DNA from: an uncultured Pelagibacteraceae bacterium | GTDB lineage: Bacteria > Pseudomonadota > Alphaproteobacteria > Pelagibacterales > Pelagibacteraceae | Direction: 5' to 3' | NCBI GenBank assembly: GCA_902615975.1 | Contig: CACMRC010000003.1 | Span: 57,833-121,832 of the forward strand | Length of the DNA: 64,000 nucleotides | In this document: in pieces, positions 19,809-32,401 of the stretch | Layout of the letters: every line of letters starts with the position of its first letter | How positions within the stretch are numbered: the first letter of the stretch is position 1 | Notes under the pieces: generated by a model | What the model saw: only the letters and a program-made list of their open reading frames with translations | Told to the model about the DNA's origin: nothing | Database searches by the model: none | Program-made: the position numbers and the translations under genes

Positions 19809-22800
19809 TTACTGATTTGTCTGTGTTTCTTCAGGTTCTGAAGCTTCTATTTTATCCTGCTCAGCTAAGAAATTATTATCGTCCTCTAGAGCTTTATTGT
19901 TCCATCTATTTTTAATATTACCAGTACCTGCAGGAACTAATCTTCCAACAATTACGTTTTCTTTTAGCCCATTTAATGGGTCAACTTTTCCTTTAATTGC
20001 GGCATCGGTTAATACTCTTGTTGTTTCTTGGAACGAAGCAGCCGAAATAAATGATTCAGTTTGAAGTGAAGCTTTAGTGATACCCATCAGGACTCTTTCA
20101 CCAACAGCAGGGGTTTTGCCCTCAGCAATTAATTTTTCGTTTGTATTGTCAAACCTAATTCTATCAATCACTTCACCAGGTAAATAACTTGAGTCACCTG
20201 ACACTTTTACTTCAACCTTTTTAAGCATTTGTCTTAAAATAGTTTCAATATGCTTATCATTTATAATTACACCTTGTAATCTATAAACTTCTTGAACTTG
20301 GTTAACAAAGTATTCCGTTAATTCTTTAATACCTAAAATTCTTAAAATATCATGTGGCAATGGTTGGCCATCTAAAAGATATTCTCCTTTTTGAATTCTT
20401 TCACCGGGGTTAAAATTGATGTGTTTACCTTTTGGAATTAGATAATTTGAAGGTTCCGATCCATCTTCAGGAACAATAGACACTCTTTGTTTACCTCTTA
20501 CCTCTTTACCAAAAACAACACTACCATCATTTTCTGCAATGATTGCACTATCCTTTGCTTTTCTAGCTTCAAATAACTCAGCAACTCTTGGAAGACCTCC
20601 AGTTATATCTTTTGTTTTTGTGGTTTCCTTAGGCAATCTTGCAATTACATCACCTGCATAAACTTTTTGACCATCTTTAATTGATAAAATAGAGTCTGGT
20701 ACTAAATAATATCTAGCTTCATTATCATCAGCTTTTTTAATCACATTTCCTTTTTCATCTCTAAGAGTAATTCTGGGTTTTAAGTCAGTGCTTTTTGATT
20801 GACCTCTCCAATCAATTACTGATTTAGAGGAAATTCCTGTTGCATCATCAGTAGTTTCTTGAATTGATACACCATCAATTAAGTCTACATAACTTGCTGT
20901 ACCACTTTTCTCTGCAATAACTGGCGTAGTATATGGATCCCATTCACATATTTTAGTATTTGCTTTTACTTTGTCACCATTGTTGAAAAATAATCTAGAT
21001 CCATAAGCAACTTTATAAACTGCTATCTGAACACCCTTGTCGTCCTCTATTGATAGCTGAGTATTTCTTCCCATCACAATCAAATTCTTTTTAGAGTCCT
21101 CTAAAATATTTGAGTTTATTATCTTTAAAGTTCCATCACTTTTAGTAACTATTTGAGAATCTTGTTTAACTGAAGCTGTTCCTCCTACGTGGAATGTTCT
21201 CATTGTTAACTGTGTTCCTGGTTCACCAATTGATTGAGCAGATATCATTCCAATAGCTTCTCCTACATGAACCATCTTACCTCGAGACAAATCTCTTCCA
21301 TAACAAGTAGCACAAACACCCTCTTTTGAACTACACGTCATAACTGAAAAAACTTTTATTGATTTAACTCCTGCAGCATCAATTTTATCGCAACCAGCTT
21401 CATCAATCATTTCAGATTTTTTAATAATTACTTCACCCGTTAAAGGGTTTTTAACTTCAGCAGCTGTAACTCTTCCTAATGCTCTTTCAGATAAGCTTAC
21501 AACAACATTACCACCCTCTAAAATTTCAGAAAGCTCAATAAACCCAGGATCATCACATGTAACTTTAGTAATAGTTAAATCTTGAGCTACATCACATAAT
21601 CTTCTTGTTAAATAACCAGAACTAGCTGTTTTAAGTGCTGTATCTGCTAATCCTTTTCTAGCTCCGTGTGTTGAATTGAAATACTCCAAAGCGGTCAATC
21701 CCTCTTTAAAGTTTGATATAATCGGACTTTCAATAATTTCACCTGAAGGTTTTGCAATTAAACCTCTCATACCAGCTAATTGCTTCATTTGAGCTGCAGA
21801 TCCTCTAGCGCCACTGTCGGCCATCATGAATACAGAATTTATTTTTAATCCTTCATCAGTTTTTTCTGTAGCTGAAATTCCCTTCATCATTTCGCCAGCA
21901 ACTTTGTCTGTACACTTAGACCAAGCATCAACTACTTTGTTATATTTTTCACCTCTTGTAATTAAACCTTCAGCATATTGTGTTTCATAATCTGCAATTA
22001 ATTTCTTAGTATCATTAATTAATTGAGTTTTATTTGCAGGTATTACAAGATCATCTTTTCCAAATGAAATTCCTGCTTTAAACGCATGTTTAAATCCTAA
22101 ATCTTTAAGCTTATCACAGAAAATTACAGTTGTTTTTTGACCGCAAAATCTAAATACAACATCAATTATTTCTGAAACTACTTTTTTAGGTAATAATCTA
22201 TCTACTAAAGAGAATTTAATGTTGCTATTCTTAGGCAGTAAATTTGCTAATAGAAATCTACCAGCTGTAGAAGTGTATTTTTCTGTTTTTTTATTCCCTT
22301 GTTCATCTACAGTCTCATATCTTGAAATAATAGTGCTATGAACATTTATTTGACCAGATGATAATGCAAATTCAATTTGATCTGAATTTGTAAAGTATCC
22401 AGCTGGTTTATCAGATATAGGTTCCTGGGATAGATAGTAAATTCCTAAAATCATGTCCTGACTTGGAACGATAATTGGTTTACCATTTGATGGAGAAAGA
22501 ATATTATTTGTAGATAACATTAAAATTCTTGCCTCTAATTGTGCTTCTAAACTTAATGGAACATGAACTGCCATTTGGTCACCATCAAAGTCAGCGTTAA
22601 ATGCTGCACAAGTTAAAGGATGTAATTCAATTGCATCACCTTCAATTAATTTCGGCTCAAATGCTTGAACTCCAAGTCTATGAAGTGTTGGAGCTCTATT
22701 TAATAGGACAGGATGCTCTCTTACAATTAATTCTAAAGCATCCCAAACTGCATTTGTTTCTTTTTCAACTAATTTTTTAGCTTGTTTGATTGTTGATGCT

Positions 22801-23981
22801 AATCCTAATTTATTTAATCTTGCATACAAAAATGGTTTAAATAATTCTAAAGCCATTTTTTTTGGTAAACCACACTCATGTAATTTCAAATCTGGCCCAA
22901 CAACAATTACCGATCTTCCTGAATAATCAACTCTTTTACCTAATAAATTTTGTCTAAATCTTCCTTGCTTACCTTTTAACATTTCAGCAAGAGATTTAAG
23001 TGGTCTCTTACCTGTGCCTGTAATTACTCTGCCTCTTCTTCCGTTATCGAAAAGAGCATCAACAGATTCTTGAAGCATTCTTTTTTCATTTCTTACAATG
23101 ATATCTGGAGCTTTAAGATCCATTAACCTCTTTAACCTGTTATTTCTGTTAATTACTCTTCTGTATAAATCGTTAAGATCCGAAGTAGCAAATCTTCCAC
23201 CGTCTAGAGGAACTAATGGTCTTAATTCTGGTGGTATAACAGGTACAACAGTCATAATCATCCACTCGGGTTTTTGACCTGTTTCAATAAATGACTCTAT
23301 TAATTTTAATCTTTTAATTGCCCTTTCTTCATTAACTTTTGATTTGGTTTCATTAATAAAGCTAACAAGATTTTTTCTCTCCAATTCTAAATCTAAATTT
23401 TTCAACATCTCAAGAACAGCTTCTGCTCCTATTCCCGCTGTAAAACTTTCTTCACCAAATTCATCCTGGAATTTTGCCAATTCTTCTTCATTTAAAAGTT
23501 GATTTTTTTGCAAACCAGTTAAACCAGGTTCTATTACTATAAAGTTTTCAAAATAAAGAACTCTCTCTATTTCTTTTAATTTCATGTCTACTGCTAAAGC
23601 AATTCTGCTTGGAAGAGACTTCAAGAACCAAATATGTGCTACCGGTGTGGCTAGATTAATGTGGCCCATTCTTTCTCTTCTTACATTTGATTTTGTAACC
23701 TCAACACCACATTTCTCACATATAATTCCTCTAAATTTCATTCGTTTATACTTACCGCATAAACACTCATAATCTTTTATTGGTCCAAAGATCCTTGCAC
23801 AGAATAGACCATCTTTTTCTGGTCTAAAGGTTCTGTAGTTGATTGTTTCAGGCTTTTTAATTTCACCAAATGTCCAAGATTTAATTTTCTCTGGGCTAGC
23901 AAGTGAAATTTTAATGCTATTAAAATTTTGAGCTTCTGAAATTTCGCTGCCCTTAAATAGATCTGTTAATTCTTTTTTCAT
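19809..23981 (-). CDS. rpoC: DNA-directed RNA polymerase subunit beta'
   Basis: 1390 aa. Catalytic '[12 protein letters not shown]' and Zn-binding '[23 protein letters not shown]'. Confidence 0.99.
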   Translation of the reverse strand: MKKELTDLFKGSEISEAQNFNSIKISLASPEKIKSWTFGEIKKPETINYRTFRPEKDGLFCARIFGPIKDYECLCGKYKRMKFRGIICEKCGVEVTKSNVRRERMGHINLATPVAHIWFLKSLPSRIALAVDMKLKEIERVLYFENFIVIEPGLTGLQKNQLLNEEELAKFQDEFGEESFTAGIGAEAVLEMLKNLDLELERKNLVSFINETKSKVNEERAIKRLKLIESFIETGQKPEWMIMTVVPVIPPELRPLVPLDGGRFATSDLNDLYRRVINRNNRLKRLMDLKAPDIIVRNEKRMLQESVDALFDNGRRGRVITGTGKRPLKSLAEMLKGKQGRFRQNLLGKRVDYSGRSVIVVGPDLKLHECGLPKKMALELFKPFLYARLNKLGLASTIKQAKKLVEKETNAVWDALELIVREHPVLLNRAPTLHRLGVQAFEPKLIEGDAIELHPLTCAAFNADFDGDQMAVHVPLSLEAQLEARILMLSTNNILSPSNGKPIIVPSQDMILGIYYLSQEPISDKPAGYFTNSDQIEFALSSGQINVHSTIISRYETVDEQGNKKTEKYTSTAGRFLLANLLPKNSNIKFSLVDRLLPKKVVSEIIDVVFRFCGQKTTVIFCDKLKDLGFKHAFKAGISFGKDDLVIPANKTQLINDTKKLIADYETQYAEGLITRGEKYNKVVDAWSKCTDKVAGEMMKGISATEKTDEGLKINSVFMMADSGARGSAAQMKQLAGMRGLIAKPSGEIIESPIISNFKEGLTALEYFNSTHGARKGLADTALKTASSGYLTRRLCDVAQDLTITKVTCDDPGFIELSEILEGGNVVVSLSERALGRVTAAEVKNPLTGEVIIKKSEMIDEAGCDKIDAAGVKSIKVFSVMTCSSKEGVCATCYGRDLSRGKMVHVGEAIGMISAQSIGEPGTQLTMRTFHVGGTASVKQDSQIVTKSDGTLKIINSNILEDSKKNLIVMGRNTQLSIEDDKGVQIAVYKVAYGSRLFFNNGDKVKANTKICEWDPYTTPVIAEKSGTASYVDLIDGVSIQETTDDATGISSKSVIDWRGQSKSTDLKPRITLRDEKGNVIKKADDNEARYYLVPDSILSIKDGQKVYAGDVIARLPKETTKTKDITGGLPRVAELFEARKAKDSAIIAENDGSVVFGKEVRGKQRVSIVPEDGSEPSNYLIPKGKHINFNPGERIQKGEYLLDGQPLPHDILRILGIKELTEYFVNQVQEVYRLQGVIINDKHIETILRQMLKKVEVKVSGDSSYLPGEVIDRIRFDNTNEKLIAEGKTPAVGERVLMGITKASLQTESFISAASFQETTRVLTDAAIKGKVDPLNGLKENVIVGRLVPAGTGNIKNRWNNKALEDDNNFLAEQDKIEASEPEETQTNQ

Positions 23982-26900
23982 TAATTAAGCTCCACATTTA
24001 ATGCTAATGATTTAATCTCTTTAACTAAAACGTTAAATGACTCTGGTATTCCAGACTCAAAGTTTTCTTCGCCTTTAACTATAGTTTCATAAACTTTAAC
24101 TCTTCCTGCAACGTCATCAGATTTAACAGTTAAAATTTCCTGCAATGTGTATGATGCACCATATGCCTCAAGTGCCCACACTTCCATTTCACCAAATCTT
24201 TGACCGCCTAATTGTGCTTTACCACCGAGTGGTTGTTGTGTAACCAAACTGTAGGGTCCAGTAGATCTTGCATGAATTTTATCTTCAACTAAGTGATGAA
24301 GTTTTAGCATGTAGATTATTCCGACTGTAACCGGTCTATCAAATTTCTCTCCTGTTCTTCCATCCCATAAATAAGTTTGTCCTGATCCTGGTAAATTTGC
24401 TAGTTCAAGCATCTCAGTAACATTTTTTTCTTTAGCACCATCAAAAACAGGCGTTGAGATTGCGATACCATTTTGTAAATTTTCACAAAGATCTTTGAAT
24501 TCATTCTTACTTAATTTATCTACTTTTTCGTTGAAAATTTCTTCACCATAAACAGATTTTAAGAATTTTTCGATTTTTTCTGTTCTTTCAATTTTTTTGT
24601 TATTTTCGTTAACTAAATTTTTTACTTGTTCACCAAATTCTTTACATGCCCAACCTAAGTGTGTCTCTAAAATTTGTCCAACGTTCATCCTACTTGGAAC
24701 ACCCAGAGGGTTTAATACAATATCAACTGGTCTACCATCTTCTCTATATGGCATATCTTCAACAGGTACAATTTTACTTACAACGCCTTTGTTACCATGT
24801 CTTCCTGACATTTTATCACCAGGTCTTAATCTTCTTTTTATAGCAACGAATACTTTTACCATTTTCATAACACTTGGTAATAAATCATCACCACTTCTAA
24901 TTTTTAAAACTTTATCTTCAAATCTCTCTGTTATGTCTTCTTTTGCTTTATTATATTGATCTTTTAATTGAGCTAATGTAGCTTCATCATTTACATTTCC
25001 TACAGAGATTTTGAAGACATCATTAATAGATAGTTTATTAATTGTATCAAAATCTAACTTAGTTCCTTCTGATAAATCTTTTACTTTTTTAGTTAAAGAT
25101 GATCCTGACAAGAATTGTGAAGCTCTTTGTTTGATACTTCTTTCTAATATTTCTTCCTCAACAATTTTATCTTGTTGAACTTGCTCAATTTCAGCTCTTT
25201 CAATAGTTATTGATCTTTCATCTTTCTCAATTCCATGTCTATTGAATACTCTTACATCAACTACCGTTCCACTTGATCCTCTAGACATTCTTAGAGATGT
25301 ATCTGTTACATCGATAGCTTTTTCTCCAAAAATTGATCTTAATAATTTTTCTTCAGGACCAGATGCTGAGTCACCTTTTGGAGTAACTTTACCTACTAAA
25401 ATATCTCCAGCATTTACCTCTGCACCAATATAAACTATTCCTGACTCATCAAGGTTTTTTAAGGCCTCTTCATTTACATTTGGTATATCTCTTGTTATTT
25501 CTTCTTCGCCTAGCTTTGTATCTCTTGCCATTATTTCGTATTCAACAATGTGAACAGATGTGAATACGTCGTCTGTAACACATCTTTCTGAAATTAAGAT
25601 TGAGTCTTCAAAGTTATAACCTTGCCACGGCATGAATGCTACGGTAACGTTCTTACCTAAAGCAAGTTCACCTAACTTTGTTGAAGGACCATCTGCAATA
25701 ATATCTCCAGATTTAACTTTATCACCAACTCTAACAAGTGGTCTTTGATTTATACAAGTATTTTGGTTTGATCTTTTAAATTTTTGAAGATTATAGATAT
25801 CTACACCAGACTTACTAAAGTCTGTTTCCTCAGTTACTTTTATAACAATTCTTTTACCATCTATTTTATCAACAACTCCATCACGCTTAGCAACAATAGT
25901 CACCCCCGAATCTAAAGCAACATCACTTTCAATTCCTGTACCGACAAGTGGAGACTCAGGTTTTAATAATGGAACTGCTTGTCTCATCATATTTGATCCC
26001 ATTAAAGCTCTGTTTGCATCATCATTTTCTAAGAATGGAATTAAAGATGCTGCAACTGAAACTAATTGTTTTGGTGATACGTCAATGTAATCAATAGAGT
26101 CAGGTTTTGCTAAAAGAAAGTTAAGGTTTTGTCTGCATGAAACTAGTTCTTCAGTAATTTTTCCATTTTTATCAAGTTTTGTATTTGCTTGAGCAATAGT
26201 GAATTTTGTTTCTTCCATTGCTGACAAGTATTCGACTTTATCTTGAACAACACCATCTTTTACTTTTTTGTAAGGACTTTCAATAAAGCCATACTTATTA
26301 ATTTTTGCATAAGTAGATAAACTATTAATCAAACCAATATTTGGACCCTCTGGTGTCTCAATTGGACAAATTCTTCCATAGTGAGTTGGATGGACGTCCC
26401 TTACTTCAAAACCTGCTCTTTCTCTTGTTAAACCACCCGGACCTAACGCTGAAACTCTCCTTTTATGAGTAATTTCAGATAAAGGATTTGTTTGATCCAT
26501 AAACTGAGATAGTTGTGAACTTGCAAAAAAATCTTTCAATGAAACTGTTAATGGTTTTGCATTAATTAGATCTTGTGGCATTGCTGACTCAACATCCAAA
26601 GTTGTCATTTTTTCTTTAATAGCTCTTTCCATTCTATAAACACCAATTCTAGCTTGGTTCTCAACTAGCTCTCCAACAGAACGAACTCTTCTATTTCCTA
26701 GGTGATCAATGTCATCGACATCATCTTTACCATCACGTAAATCCAACATTTTATGAATAATTGCAATGATGTCGTCATTTCTTAATATGGTAATTTTGTC
26801 AGAACACTCTTGGTTTAATCTTGAGTTCATTTTAACTCTTCCAACATCAGATAGATCATATCTGTCCGAGCTAAAGAAAAGATTATTAAATATTTGAGTT

Positions 26901-28069
26901 GCTATCTCTATAGTTGGCGGTTCACCAGGTCTTAACATTTTATAGATTTCAGTGATAGCTTCGTCTTTAGAATTATTTTTATCAGCTAAAATAGTTGTAA
27001 GTAGATAAGGTCCTTTGTTTATAGAGTTTGTAACAGATATTTGAAGTGTGTGTATATCTGCATCTAAAATTTGTTGAATAATTGTATCATTTAATTCTGT
27101 CCCAATTTTAAATACACCGTCCTCTTCTTCATTGACTTTAACATCTCTGTGTAAAAATTTACCAAACAAAGATTCTCTAGAAACTAGTATGTCTTTCAAA
27201 CCATCGTTAGCTAATTTTTTTGCATTTAAAAAATTTATCTTTTCACCTAATTTGATTACTACCTCACCAGTTTTTGCATCAATTACTTCTTCTGAAAAAT
27301 TTTTAGCCTTGTAGTTTTCTGGGTTAAATTTAGTTTTCCACTTTTCTGTTTTTGTATCAAAAGTATATTGTTCACTTTCATAGAACTCATCTACTATTTC
27401 TGATTTTGTGTAACCTAAAGCTAATAATAAAGTAGATGAAAAAATTTTCTTTTTTCTATCAATTTTAAAATATAGAAAATCTTTAACATCATACTCAAAA
27501 TCTAACCAAGAACCTCTATTAGGTATTACTCTACAATTAAATAAAAGTTTACCACTTGCATGAGTTTTTCCTTTATCATGATCAAAAAATACGCCTGGAC
27601 TTCTGTGCATTTGGTTAACTACAACTCTTTGAACACCGTTAGTTATAAAAGTTCCACTATTGGTCATCATAGGAACTTCACCCATATATACTTCTTGCTC
27701 TTTAGCTGATAAAATATCTTTAGTATTGTTTTCTTGATCTATTTCGTAAACTACTAATCTTAAAGTACACTTAAGAGCTGATGAATATGTAAGACCTCTT
27801 GCTATACATTCTTCAACATCAAATTTTGGTTTCTCTAATCTATATGAAACATACTCTAAAGTTGCTTTGTCATTTAAATCTTCAATAGGAAAAATACTTT
27901 TAAAAACTCTATCAAAACCTTTAGTAAGTTCTGCTGCCTCTACATTAAATTCAGTTAATTCTTTGTAGGAATTTTTTTGGACTTCAATTAAGTTAGGTAT
28001 AGATAAACTCTCTTTTAGTTTACCAAAACTTTTTCTAATATTTTTCTTTTCAGTAAAAGATAATTGCAT
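23981..28069 (-). CDS. rpoB: DNA-directed RNA polymerase subunit beta
   Basis: 1362 aa. '[12 protein letters not shown]', '[10 protein letters not shown]' and '[30 protein letters not shown]' (rif region). Confidence 0.99.
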   Translation of the reverse strand: MQLSFTEKKNIRKSFGKLKESLSIPNLIEVQKNSYKELTEFNVEAAELTKGFDRVFKSIFPIEDLNDKATLEYVSYRLEKPKFDVEECIARGLTYSSALKCTLRLVVYEIDQENNTKDILSAKEQEVYMGEVPMMTNSGTFITNGVQRVVVNQMHRSPGVFFDHDKGKTHASGKLLFNCRVIPNRGSWLDFEYDVKDFLYFKIDRKKKIFSSTLLLALGYTKSEIVDEFYESEQYTFDTKTEKWKTKFNPENYKAKNFSEEVIDAKTGEVVIKLGEKINFLNAKKLANDGLKDILVSRESLFGKFLHRDVKVNEEEDGVFKIGTELNDTIIQQILDADIHTLQISVTNSINKGPYLLTTILADKNNSKDEAITEIYKMLRPGEPPTIEIATQIFNNLFFSSDRYDLSDVGRVKMNSRLNQECSDKITILRNDDIIAIIHKMLDLRDGKDDVDDIDHLGNRRVRSVGELVENQARIGVYRMERAIKEKMTTLDVESAMPQDLINAKPLTVSLKDFFASSQLSQFMDQTNPLSEITHKRRVSALGPGGLTRERAGFEVRDVHPTHYGRICPIETPEGPNIGLINSLSTYAKINKYGFIESPYKKVKDGVVQDKVEYLSAMEETKFTIAQANTKLDKNGKITEELVSCRQNLNFLLAKPDSIDYIDVSPKQLVSVAASLIPFLENDDANRALMGSNMMRQAVPLLKPESPLVGTGIESDVALDSGVTIVAKRDGVVDKIDGKRIVIKVTEETDFSKSGVDIYNLQKFKRSNQNTCINQRPLVRVGDKVKSGDIIADGPSTKLGELALGKNVTVAFMPWQGYNFEDSILISERCVTDDVFTSVHIVEYEIMARDTKLGEEEITRDIPNVNEEALKNLDESGIVYIGAEVNAGDILVGKVTPKGDSASGPEEKLLRSIFGEKAIDVTDTSLRMSRGSSGTVVDVRVFNRHGIEKDERSITIERAEIEQVQQDKIVEEEILERSIKQRASQFLSGSSLTKKVKDLSEGTKLDFDTINKLSINDVFKISVGNVNDEATLAQLKDQYNKAKEDITERFEDKVLKIRSGDDLLPSVMKMVKVFVAIKRRLRPGDKMSGRHGNKGVVSKIVPVEDMPYREDGRPVDIVLNPLGVPSRMNVGQILETHLGWACKEFGEQVKNLVNENNKKIERTEKIEKFLKSVYGEEIFNEKVDKLSKNEFKDLCENLQNGIAISTPVFDGAKEKNVTEMLELANLPGSGQTYLWDGRTGEKFDRPVTVGIIYMLKLHHLVEDKIHARSTGPYSLVTQQPLGGKAQLGGQRFGEMEVWALEAYGASYTLQEILTVKSDDVAGRVKVYETIVKGEENFESGIPESFNVLVKEIKSLALNVELN

Positions 28070-28080
28070 CTATGTTTATA

Positions 28081-28106
28081 AATACTGATTAAAAATAATC
28101 AGTATT
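28081..28106 (-). promoter_or_regulatory. perfect 11-bp stem / 4-nt loop hairpin in the rplL-rpoB spacer (candidate attenuator or processing site)
   Basis: 'aatactgatta' (28081-28091) is the exact reverse complement of 'taatcagtatt' (28096-28106), with loop 'aaaa'. On the transcribed strand it ends 11 nt before the rpoB ATG. No clean U-tract follows it. Confidence 0.4.
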
Positions 28107-28125
28107 CGAATTCTTTCTATTTAAT

Positions 28126-28491
28126 TTATTTAAGTTCTACTTTAGCGCCAGCAGCTTCTAACTTAGCTTTGATCTCTTCAGCGTCTTTTTTATTTACACC
28201 AGATTTAACTTCTTTTGGTGCTCCCTCTACAAGATCTTTTGCTTCTTTTAAACCTAATGAAGTAGCTGCTCTTACTTCTTTGATAACATTAATTTTTTTA
28301 TCACCTGCAGAAACTAACATGATTGTAAAATCATCTTTATCTTCTGCTGGAGCTGCACCACCTGCTGCTGCGGGAGCTGCTGCTGCCATAGGAGTTACAC
28401 CCCATTTTTCTTCTAATTGTTTTGATAGTTCTGCTGCCTCTGCAACAGTCAAACTTGATAAGTCTTCTATAATTTTGTTAAGGTCAGGCAT
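28126..28491 (-). CDS. rplL: 50S ribosomal protein L7/L12
   Basis: Ala/Pro-rich hinge '[14 protein letters not shown]' and C-terminal domain '[18 protein letters not shown]'. Confidence 0.98.
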   Translation of the reverse strand: MPDLNKIIEDLSSLTVAEAAELSKQLEEKWGVTPMAAAAPAAAGGAAPAEDKDDFTIMLVSAGDKKINVIKEVRAATSLGLKEAKDLVEGAPKEVKSGVNKKDAEEIKAKLEAAGAKVELK

Positions 28492-28496
28492 ATGTA

Positions 28497-29018
28497 TTAC
28501 TCTTTGGGTTGTGTTTCAGAATTTTCTGCCGACAAACTACTCATTTTTTCTGAATGTGCAAGCAAAATACTGATTAATTTAGATGCAGAAGCGTTTAAAA
28601 TACCCACAATATTGGCTCTTGCCTCGTCTAATGTAGGTAAACTTGCTACATTTTGAACGCCAGCCGAATCTAAGACCTCATCATCCATTATTCCACCAAT
28701 TAATTTTAAGTTTTCGTTATCTTTTGCAAATTTTGAAAGAATTCTTGCAGACATTATTGCATCCTCTCCAAATGCAACTGCTGTTGGGCCAGTAAATAAT
28801 TTAGATAAATCTTTACACTTTGTTTTTTCTAAAGCTAATTTTGTAATTCTGTTCTTGGTTATTTTAAAAATAATACCATGTTCTCTCATTTTAGTTCTCA
28901 ATTCGTCTAATTGAGTCATCGTTAAACCTTGGTAATGGGTAACCATAACAGCCTTGCTGTTTTCAAACTTACTAGTCATTTCTTCAATATAATTTTTCTT
29001 TTGTTCTTTATTCATCAT
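28497..29018 (-). CDS. rplJ: 50S ribosomal protein L10
   Basis: 173 aa. '[11 protein letters not shown]'. Position is between rplA and rplL. Confidence 0.95.
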   Translation of the reverse strand: MMNKEQKKNYIEEMTSKFENSKAVMVTHYQGLTMTQLDELRTKMREHGIIFKITKNRITKLALEKTKCKDLSKLFTGPTAVAFGEDAIMSARILSKFAKDNENLKLIGGIMDDEVLDSAGVQNVASLPTLDEARANIVGILNASASKLISILLAHSEKMSSLSAENSETQPKE

Positions 29019-29020
29019 AA

Positions 29021-29710
29021 TTATATCGATTTCCCTAATTTAACTCTATATGAAACGCCCATTGTAGATGTTGCAAATACACTTCTAATTAAATCACCTT
29101 TCAAAGTATTGTTTGATTTTTCTTTTTCTAAAGCATCTAAAATTGCGTTATAGTTTTTTAGTAATTGATCATCGCTAAAAGATTTTTTGCCGATACTAAC
29201 TCCAATGTTTCCATCTTTATCATTTCTAATTTCTACTTGACCAGATTTAGCATTAGTTACAGCTTCTTTAATATTTTCAGAAACTGAACCAAGCTTTGGA
29301 TTAGGCATCAAACCTTTTGGCCCTAAAACTTTTCCTAATTTAGAAAGTTTAATCATCATTCCAGGTGTACAAATTAATTTTTCAAAATTTAATTCCCCAC
29401 CTTTGATTCTCTCAACAAATTCATCGCCACCCACAATATCTGCTCCAGCATCTTTTGCATCTTGTGCTTTATTATCTTCACAAACAACTGCAACTTTAAC
29501 TTTCTTACCTGTTCCACCAGGTAAATTAACTACTGTTCTAATATTAACTTCACTTTTCTTTTGTTTGTTATTTATTTGAAAACTTAAATCTAAAGACTCA
29601 TCAAATTTAGTTGTGCAATTTTTTTTAATTTGCGGTAATAATTTTTCTATTGACTCGGCATTTAAGTTATTTGTCTTTTCAGGTAATTTTTTATATCTTT
29701 TTGATGTCAT
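29021..29710 (-). CDS. rplA: 50S ribosomal protein L1
   Basis: 'LGKVLGPKGLMPNPKLGSV' and 'VNLPGGTGK'. Confidence 0.97.
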   Translation of the reverse strand: MTSKRYKKLPEKTNNLNAESIEKLLPQIKKNCTTKFDESLDLSFQINNKQKKSEVNIRTVVNLPGGTGKKVKVAVVCEDNKAQDAKDAGADIVGGDEFVERIKGGELNFEKLICTPGMMIKLSKLGKVLGPKGLMPNPKLGSVSENIKEAVTNAKSGQVEIRNDKDGNIGVSIGKKSFSDDQLLKNYNAILDALEKEKSNNTLKGDLIRSVFATSTMGVSYRVKLGKSI

Positions 29711-30135
29711 TATTCTTTTACCTCAATACCCATTGATCTAGCTGATCCTGCAATAATTTTTATAGCTTCCTCAATATCATGTGCATTTAAATCATTCATT
29801 TTTTCTTTTGCTATGCTCTCTAATTGTTTTTTAGAAATTGAAGCAATAATATTTCTTCCAGGTTCTTTTGATCCACCTTTTAATTTTACTGCTTCTTTAA
29901 TATAAAATGATGCTGGGGGTGATTTAATTTTAAAATCAAATTTTTTATCTTTATATACAGTAATTTCTACTGGAACAGGTTTTCCTGCCATTGACTTAGT
30001 TTTGTCATTAAAAGCTTTACAAAACTCCATAATGTTTACACCACGTTGACCTAATGCAGGTCCAACTGGGGGAGCTGGATTAGCTTGACCTCCTTTAATT
30101 TGTAGTTTTATAAATCCACTAATTTCTTTTGCCAT
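29710..30135 (-). CDS. rplK: 50S ribosomal protein L11
   Basis: '[26 protein letters not shown]'. Confidence 0.98.
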   Translation of the reverse strand: MAKEISGFIKLQIKGGQANPAPPVGPALGQRGVNIMEFCKAFNDKTKSMAGKPVPVEITVYKDKKFDFKIKSPPASFYIKEAVKLKGGSKEPGRNIIASISKKQLESIAKEKMNDLNAHDIEEAIKIIAGSARSMGIEVKE

Positions 30136-30665
30136 TAACTTACCTTCTCAACCTGATTATATTCTAAATCTACTGGTGTAGGACGACCAAATATAGAAAC
30201 TGACACCTTAAGTCTAGCTTTTTCTTCATCAATTTCCTCAATCATTCCATTAAATGAAGCAAATGGACCGTCTACAACCTGAACTTTTTCACCTACACTA
30301 TAATCCACACCAGATTTTGGCTGAGCAACACCATCTTTAATCTGACCTAAAATCTTCTCTACCTCTTTATCTGAAACTGGAACAGGAATACCTTTTGTAC
30401 CTAAAAAACCACTAACCCTCTTAATATTTTTAATCATGTGATAAATATTATTATCCATTTCACTTTTAATTAGTACATATCCAGGAAAGTATTTTTTTTT
30501 TCTTTGTATTCTTTTGCCTCTCTTAACCTCAGTAACATCGTGAGTAGGTACAATAATCTCTTCAAACTTATCAGCAATTTTAGCTTTATCTGCCTCCTCT
30601 TTGATTAAAGAAGCAACCTTATTCTCAAAGCTAGAATGTGACTGAACAATGTACCAATTTTTCAT
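30135..30665 (-). CDS. nusG: transcription termination/antitermination factor NusG
   Basis: '[14 protein letters not shown]' NGN domain and C-terminal KOW '[21 protein letters not shown]'. Position is secE-nusG-rplK. Confidence 0.96.
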   Translation of the reverse strand: MKNWYIVQSHSSFENKVASLIKEEADKAKIADKFEEIIVPTHDVTEVKRGKRIQRKKKYFPGYVLIKSEMDNNIYHMIKNIKRVSGFLGTKGIPVPVSDKEVEKILGQIKDGVAQPKSGVDYSVGEKVQVVDGPFASFNGMIEEIDEEKARLKVSVSIFGRPTPVDLEYNQVEKVS

Positions 30666-30856
30666 TAAATACTCACTTTAAGTAAAAGTTCTAAGAAAAA
30701 TTTTAAAACCTGATCTAAAAGAAGAAAAAATAAAGACATAACAACTGCCATAACAAAAACCATTAAAGCACCTTGCAATGTCTCTTTCCAAGTTGGCCAA
30801 GTAATTTTAAAAGCCTCTTGTTTGACTTCCTGGATAAATTTAATCGGGTTTCTCAT
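30665..30856 (-). CDS. secE: preprotein translocase subunit SecE
   Basis: 63 aa. 'FIQEVKQEAFKITWPTWKE' followed by a single TM segment. Position is tRNA-Trp-secE-nusG. Confidence 0.92.
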   Translation of the reverse strand: MRNPIKFIQEVKQEAFKITWPTWKETLQGALMVFVMAVVMSLFFLLLDQVLKFFLELLLKVSI

Positions 30857-30873
30857 AATTTATAAGCTCAGAT

Positions 30874-30949
30874 TGGCAGGAGCGGAGGGACTCGAACCCT
30901 CAGCCTCCGGTTTTGGAGACCGGCGCTCTACCAATTGAGCTACACTCCT
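30874..30949 (-). tRNA. trnW: tRNA-Trp (anticodon CCA)
   Basis: The reverse complement is AGGAGTGTAGCTCAATTGGTAGAGCGCCGGTCTCCAAAACCGGAGGCTGAGGGTTCGAGTCCCTCCGCTCCTGCCA. It folds as a cloverleaf by hand: acceptor AGGAGTG/CGCTCCT, anticodon stem CCGGT/ACCGG, loop CT-CCA-AA, T-loop TTCGAGT. The 3' CCA is encoded. Confidence 0.95.
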
Positions 30950-30959
30950 ATTTATAGAG

Positions 30960-32150
30960 TTACTCTATAATTTTTGTTACTACTCCTGCTCCAACAGTTC
31001 TTCCACCTTCTCTAATCGCAAAATTTAATTTCTCTGCCATTGCGATTGGAGTGATTAGTTTTACTGTAAATTTAGCGTCATCACCTGGCATAACCATTTC
31101 TGTACCAGCTGGTAACTCTACTTCACCTGTTACGTCTGTTGTTCTAAAATAAAACTGAGGTCTGTATTTAGTAAAGAAAGGAGTGTGTCTTCCACCTTCA
31201 TCTTTTTTAAGTACATACGCTTGAGCTTCAAATTTAGTGTGTGGAGTAATTGAACCAGGCTTACAAAGAACTTGACCTCTTTCGATATCAGTTCTTTCAA
31301 TACCTCTCAATAAAATTCCAACGTTATCACCAGCTTCACCAGAATCTAAAAGTTTTCTAAACATCTCAACTCCTGTACAAACTGATTTTTTAGTTTCTCT
31401 AATTCCAACTATTTCAACTTCCTCTCCAGTTTTAATAACACCAGACTCAACTCTTCCGGTTGCAACTGTTCCTCTTCCAGAAATTGAGAATACGTCCTCA
31501 ACTGGCATCAAAAATGGTTTATCAACTTCTCTAGCTGGTTGTGGAATATGTTCATCAACAGCTTTCATTAATTCTAAAATTGAATTTTTTCCAATTTCAT
31601 CATCTCTACCTTCAACTGCTGCTAAAGCTGAACCTTTAACGATTGGTGTTTTGTCACCTGGATATTTGTATGAAGTTAAAAGTTCTCTAATTTCCTCTTC
31701 AACAAGTTCGATCATTTCTTTATCATCAACCTGGTCTACTTTATTTAAGTAAACAACGATTGCAGGAATACCAACTTGTCTTCCCAAAAGAATGTGTTCT
31801 CTTGTTTGTGGCATTGGACCATCAGCTGCGTTAACAACTAAGATTGCTCCATCCATTTGTGCAGCACCAGTGATCATATTTTTAACATAGTCAGCGTGAC
31901 CAGGACAATCTACATGAGCATAGTGTCTTTTTTCAGTTTCATACTCAACGTGTGCTGTTGAAATTGTTATACCTCTCTCTTTTTCTTCAGGCGCTTTATC
32001 AATCTGGTCATAAGCAACTGCAGTTCCACCGCCCGCTTGTGCTAATACATTTGTAATCGCGGCAGTAAGAGTTGTTTTACCATGGTCGACATGACCTATA
32101 GTCCCAATGTTACAGTGGGGTTTGTTTCTTACAAATTTTTCTTTTGACAT
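30960..32150 (-). CDS. tuf: translation elongation factor Tu
   Basis: 396 aa. '[10 protein letters not shown]', 'DCPGHADY' and 'NKVD'. Sits in the tRNA-Tyr/Gly-tuf-tRNA-Trp-secE context. Confidence 0.99.
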   Translation of the reverse strand: MSKEKFVRNKPHCNIGTIGHVDHGKTTLTAAITNVLAQAGGGTAVAYDQIDKAPEEKERGITISTAHVEYETEKRHYAHVDCPGHADYVKNMITGAAQMDGAILVVNAADGPMPQTREHILLGRQVGIPAIVVYLNKVDQVDDKEMIELVEEEIRELLTSYKYPGDKTPIVKGSALAAVEGRDDEIGKNSILELMKAVDEHIPQPAREVDKPFLMPVEDVFSISGRGTVATGRVESGVIKTGEEVEIVGIRETKKSVCTGVEMFRKLLDSGEAGDNVGILLRGIERTDIERGQVLCKPGSITPHTKFEAQAYVLKKDEGGRHTPFFTKYRPQFYFRTTDVTGEVELPAGTEMVMPGDDAKFTVKLITPIAMAEKLNFAIREGGRTVGAGVVTKIIE

Positions 32151-32197
32151 TACGTTTTTACCTCAGTTTTTTTTTGTTTCTTATAATTTTAATTTCT

Positions 32198-32271
32198 TGG
32201 AGCGGGTAAAGGGAATCGAACCCTTACATCCAGCTTGGAAGGCTAGCGTTCTACCATTGAACTACACCCGC
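32198..32271 (-). tRNA. trnG: tRNA-Gly (anticodon UCC)
   Basis: The reverse complement is GCGGGTGTAGTTCAATGGTAGAACGCTAGCCTTCCAAGCTGGATGTAAGGGTTCGATTCCCTTTACCCGCTCCA. Anticodon stem CTAGC/GCTGG, loop CT-TCC-AA. CCA is encoded. Confidence 0.95.
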
Positions 32272-32315
32272 ACAACCCCAAGAGTAACACTCCATGTTAT
32301 CTAAAATTTATTAAA

Positions 32316-32401
32316 TGGTGGAGGGGGAAAGATTCGAACTTTCGAAGACCGAAGTCAACGGGTTTACAGCCCGCCCCATTTGACCGCTCTGGAACCCCTC
32401 C
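32316..32401 (-). tRNA. trnY: tRNA-Tyr (anticodon GUA), long variable arm
   Basis: The reverse complement is GGAGGGGTTCCAGAGCGGTCAAATGGGGCGGGCTGTAAACCCGTTGACTTCGGTCTTCGAAAGTTCGAATCTTTCCCCCTCCACCA. Loop CT-GTA-AA. 86 nt with a class II variable arm. CCA is encoded. Confidence 0.95.

Noticed and set aside
24597-24959. 120-aa and 65-aa plus-strand ORFs inside rpoB
   Set aside because: They are embedded antisense in rpoB with low-complexity Leu/Ser/Thr-rich translations. The same reasoning applies to the other short antisense ORFs in the track (1257-1688, 3572-3754, 3788-3970, 9721-9903, 14856-15056, 17374-17637, 18346-18543, 18981-19196, 23584-23772, 25242-25433, 27132-27314, 28929-29153, 43513-43800, 46043-46234, 47248-47472, 50106-50297, 52210-52476, 52643-52843, 53422-53637, 57208-57489, 63410-63601).
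28169-28573. 134-aa plus-strand ORF
   Set aside because: It lies entirely antisense to rplL/rplJ. Its Ala/Ser-rich translation mirrors the Ala-rich L7/L12 hinge. No independent signal supports it, so it is spurious.
32107-32304. 65-aa plus-strand ORF
   Set aside because: It spans the antisense of the tuf start and of tRNA-Gly. The tRNA explains the region.
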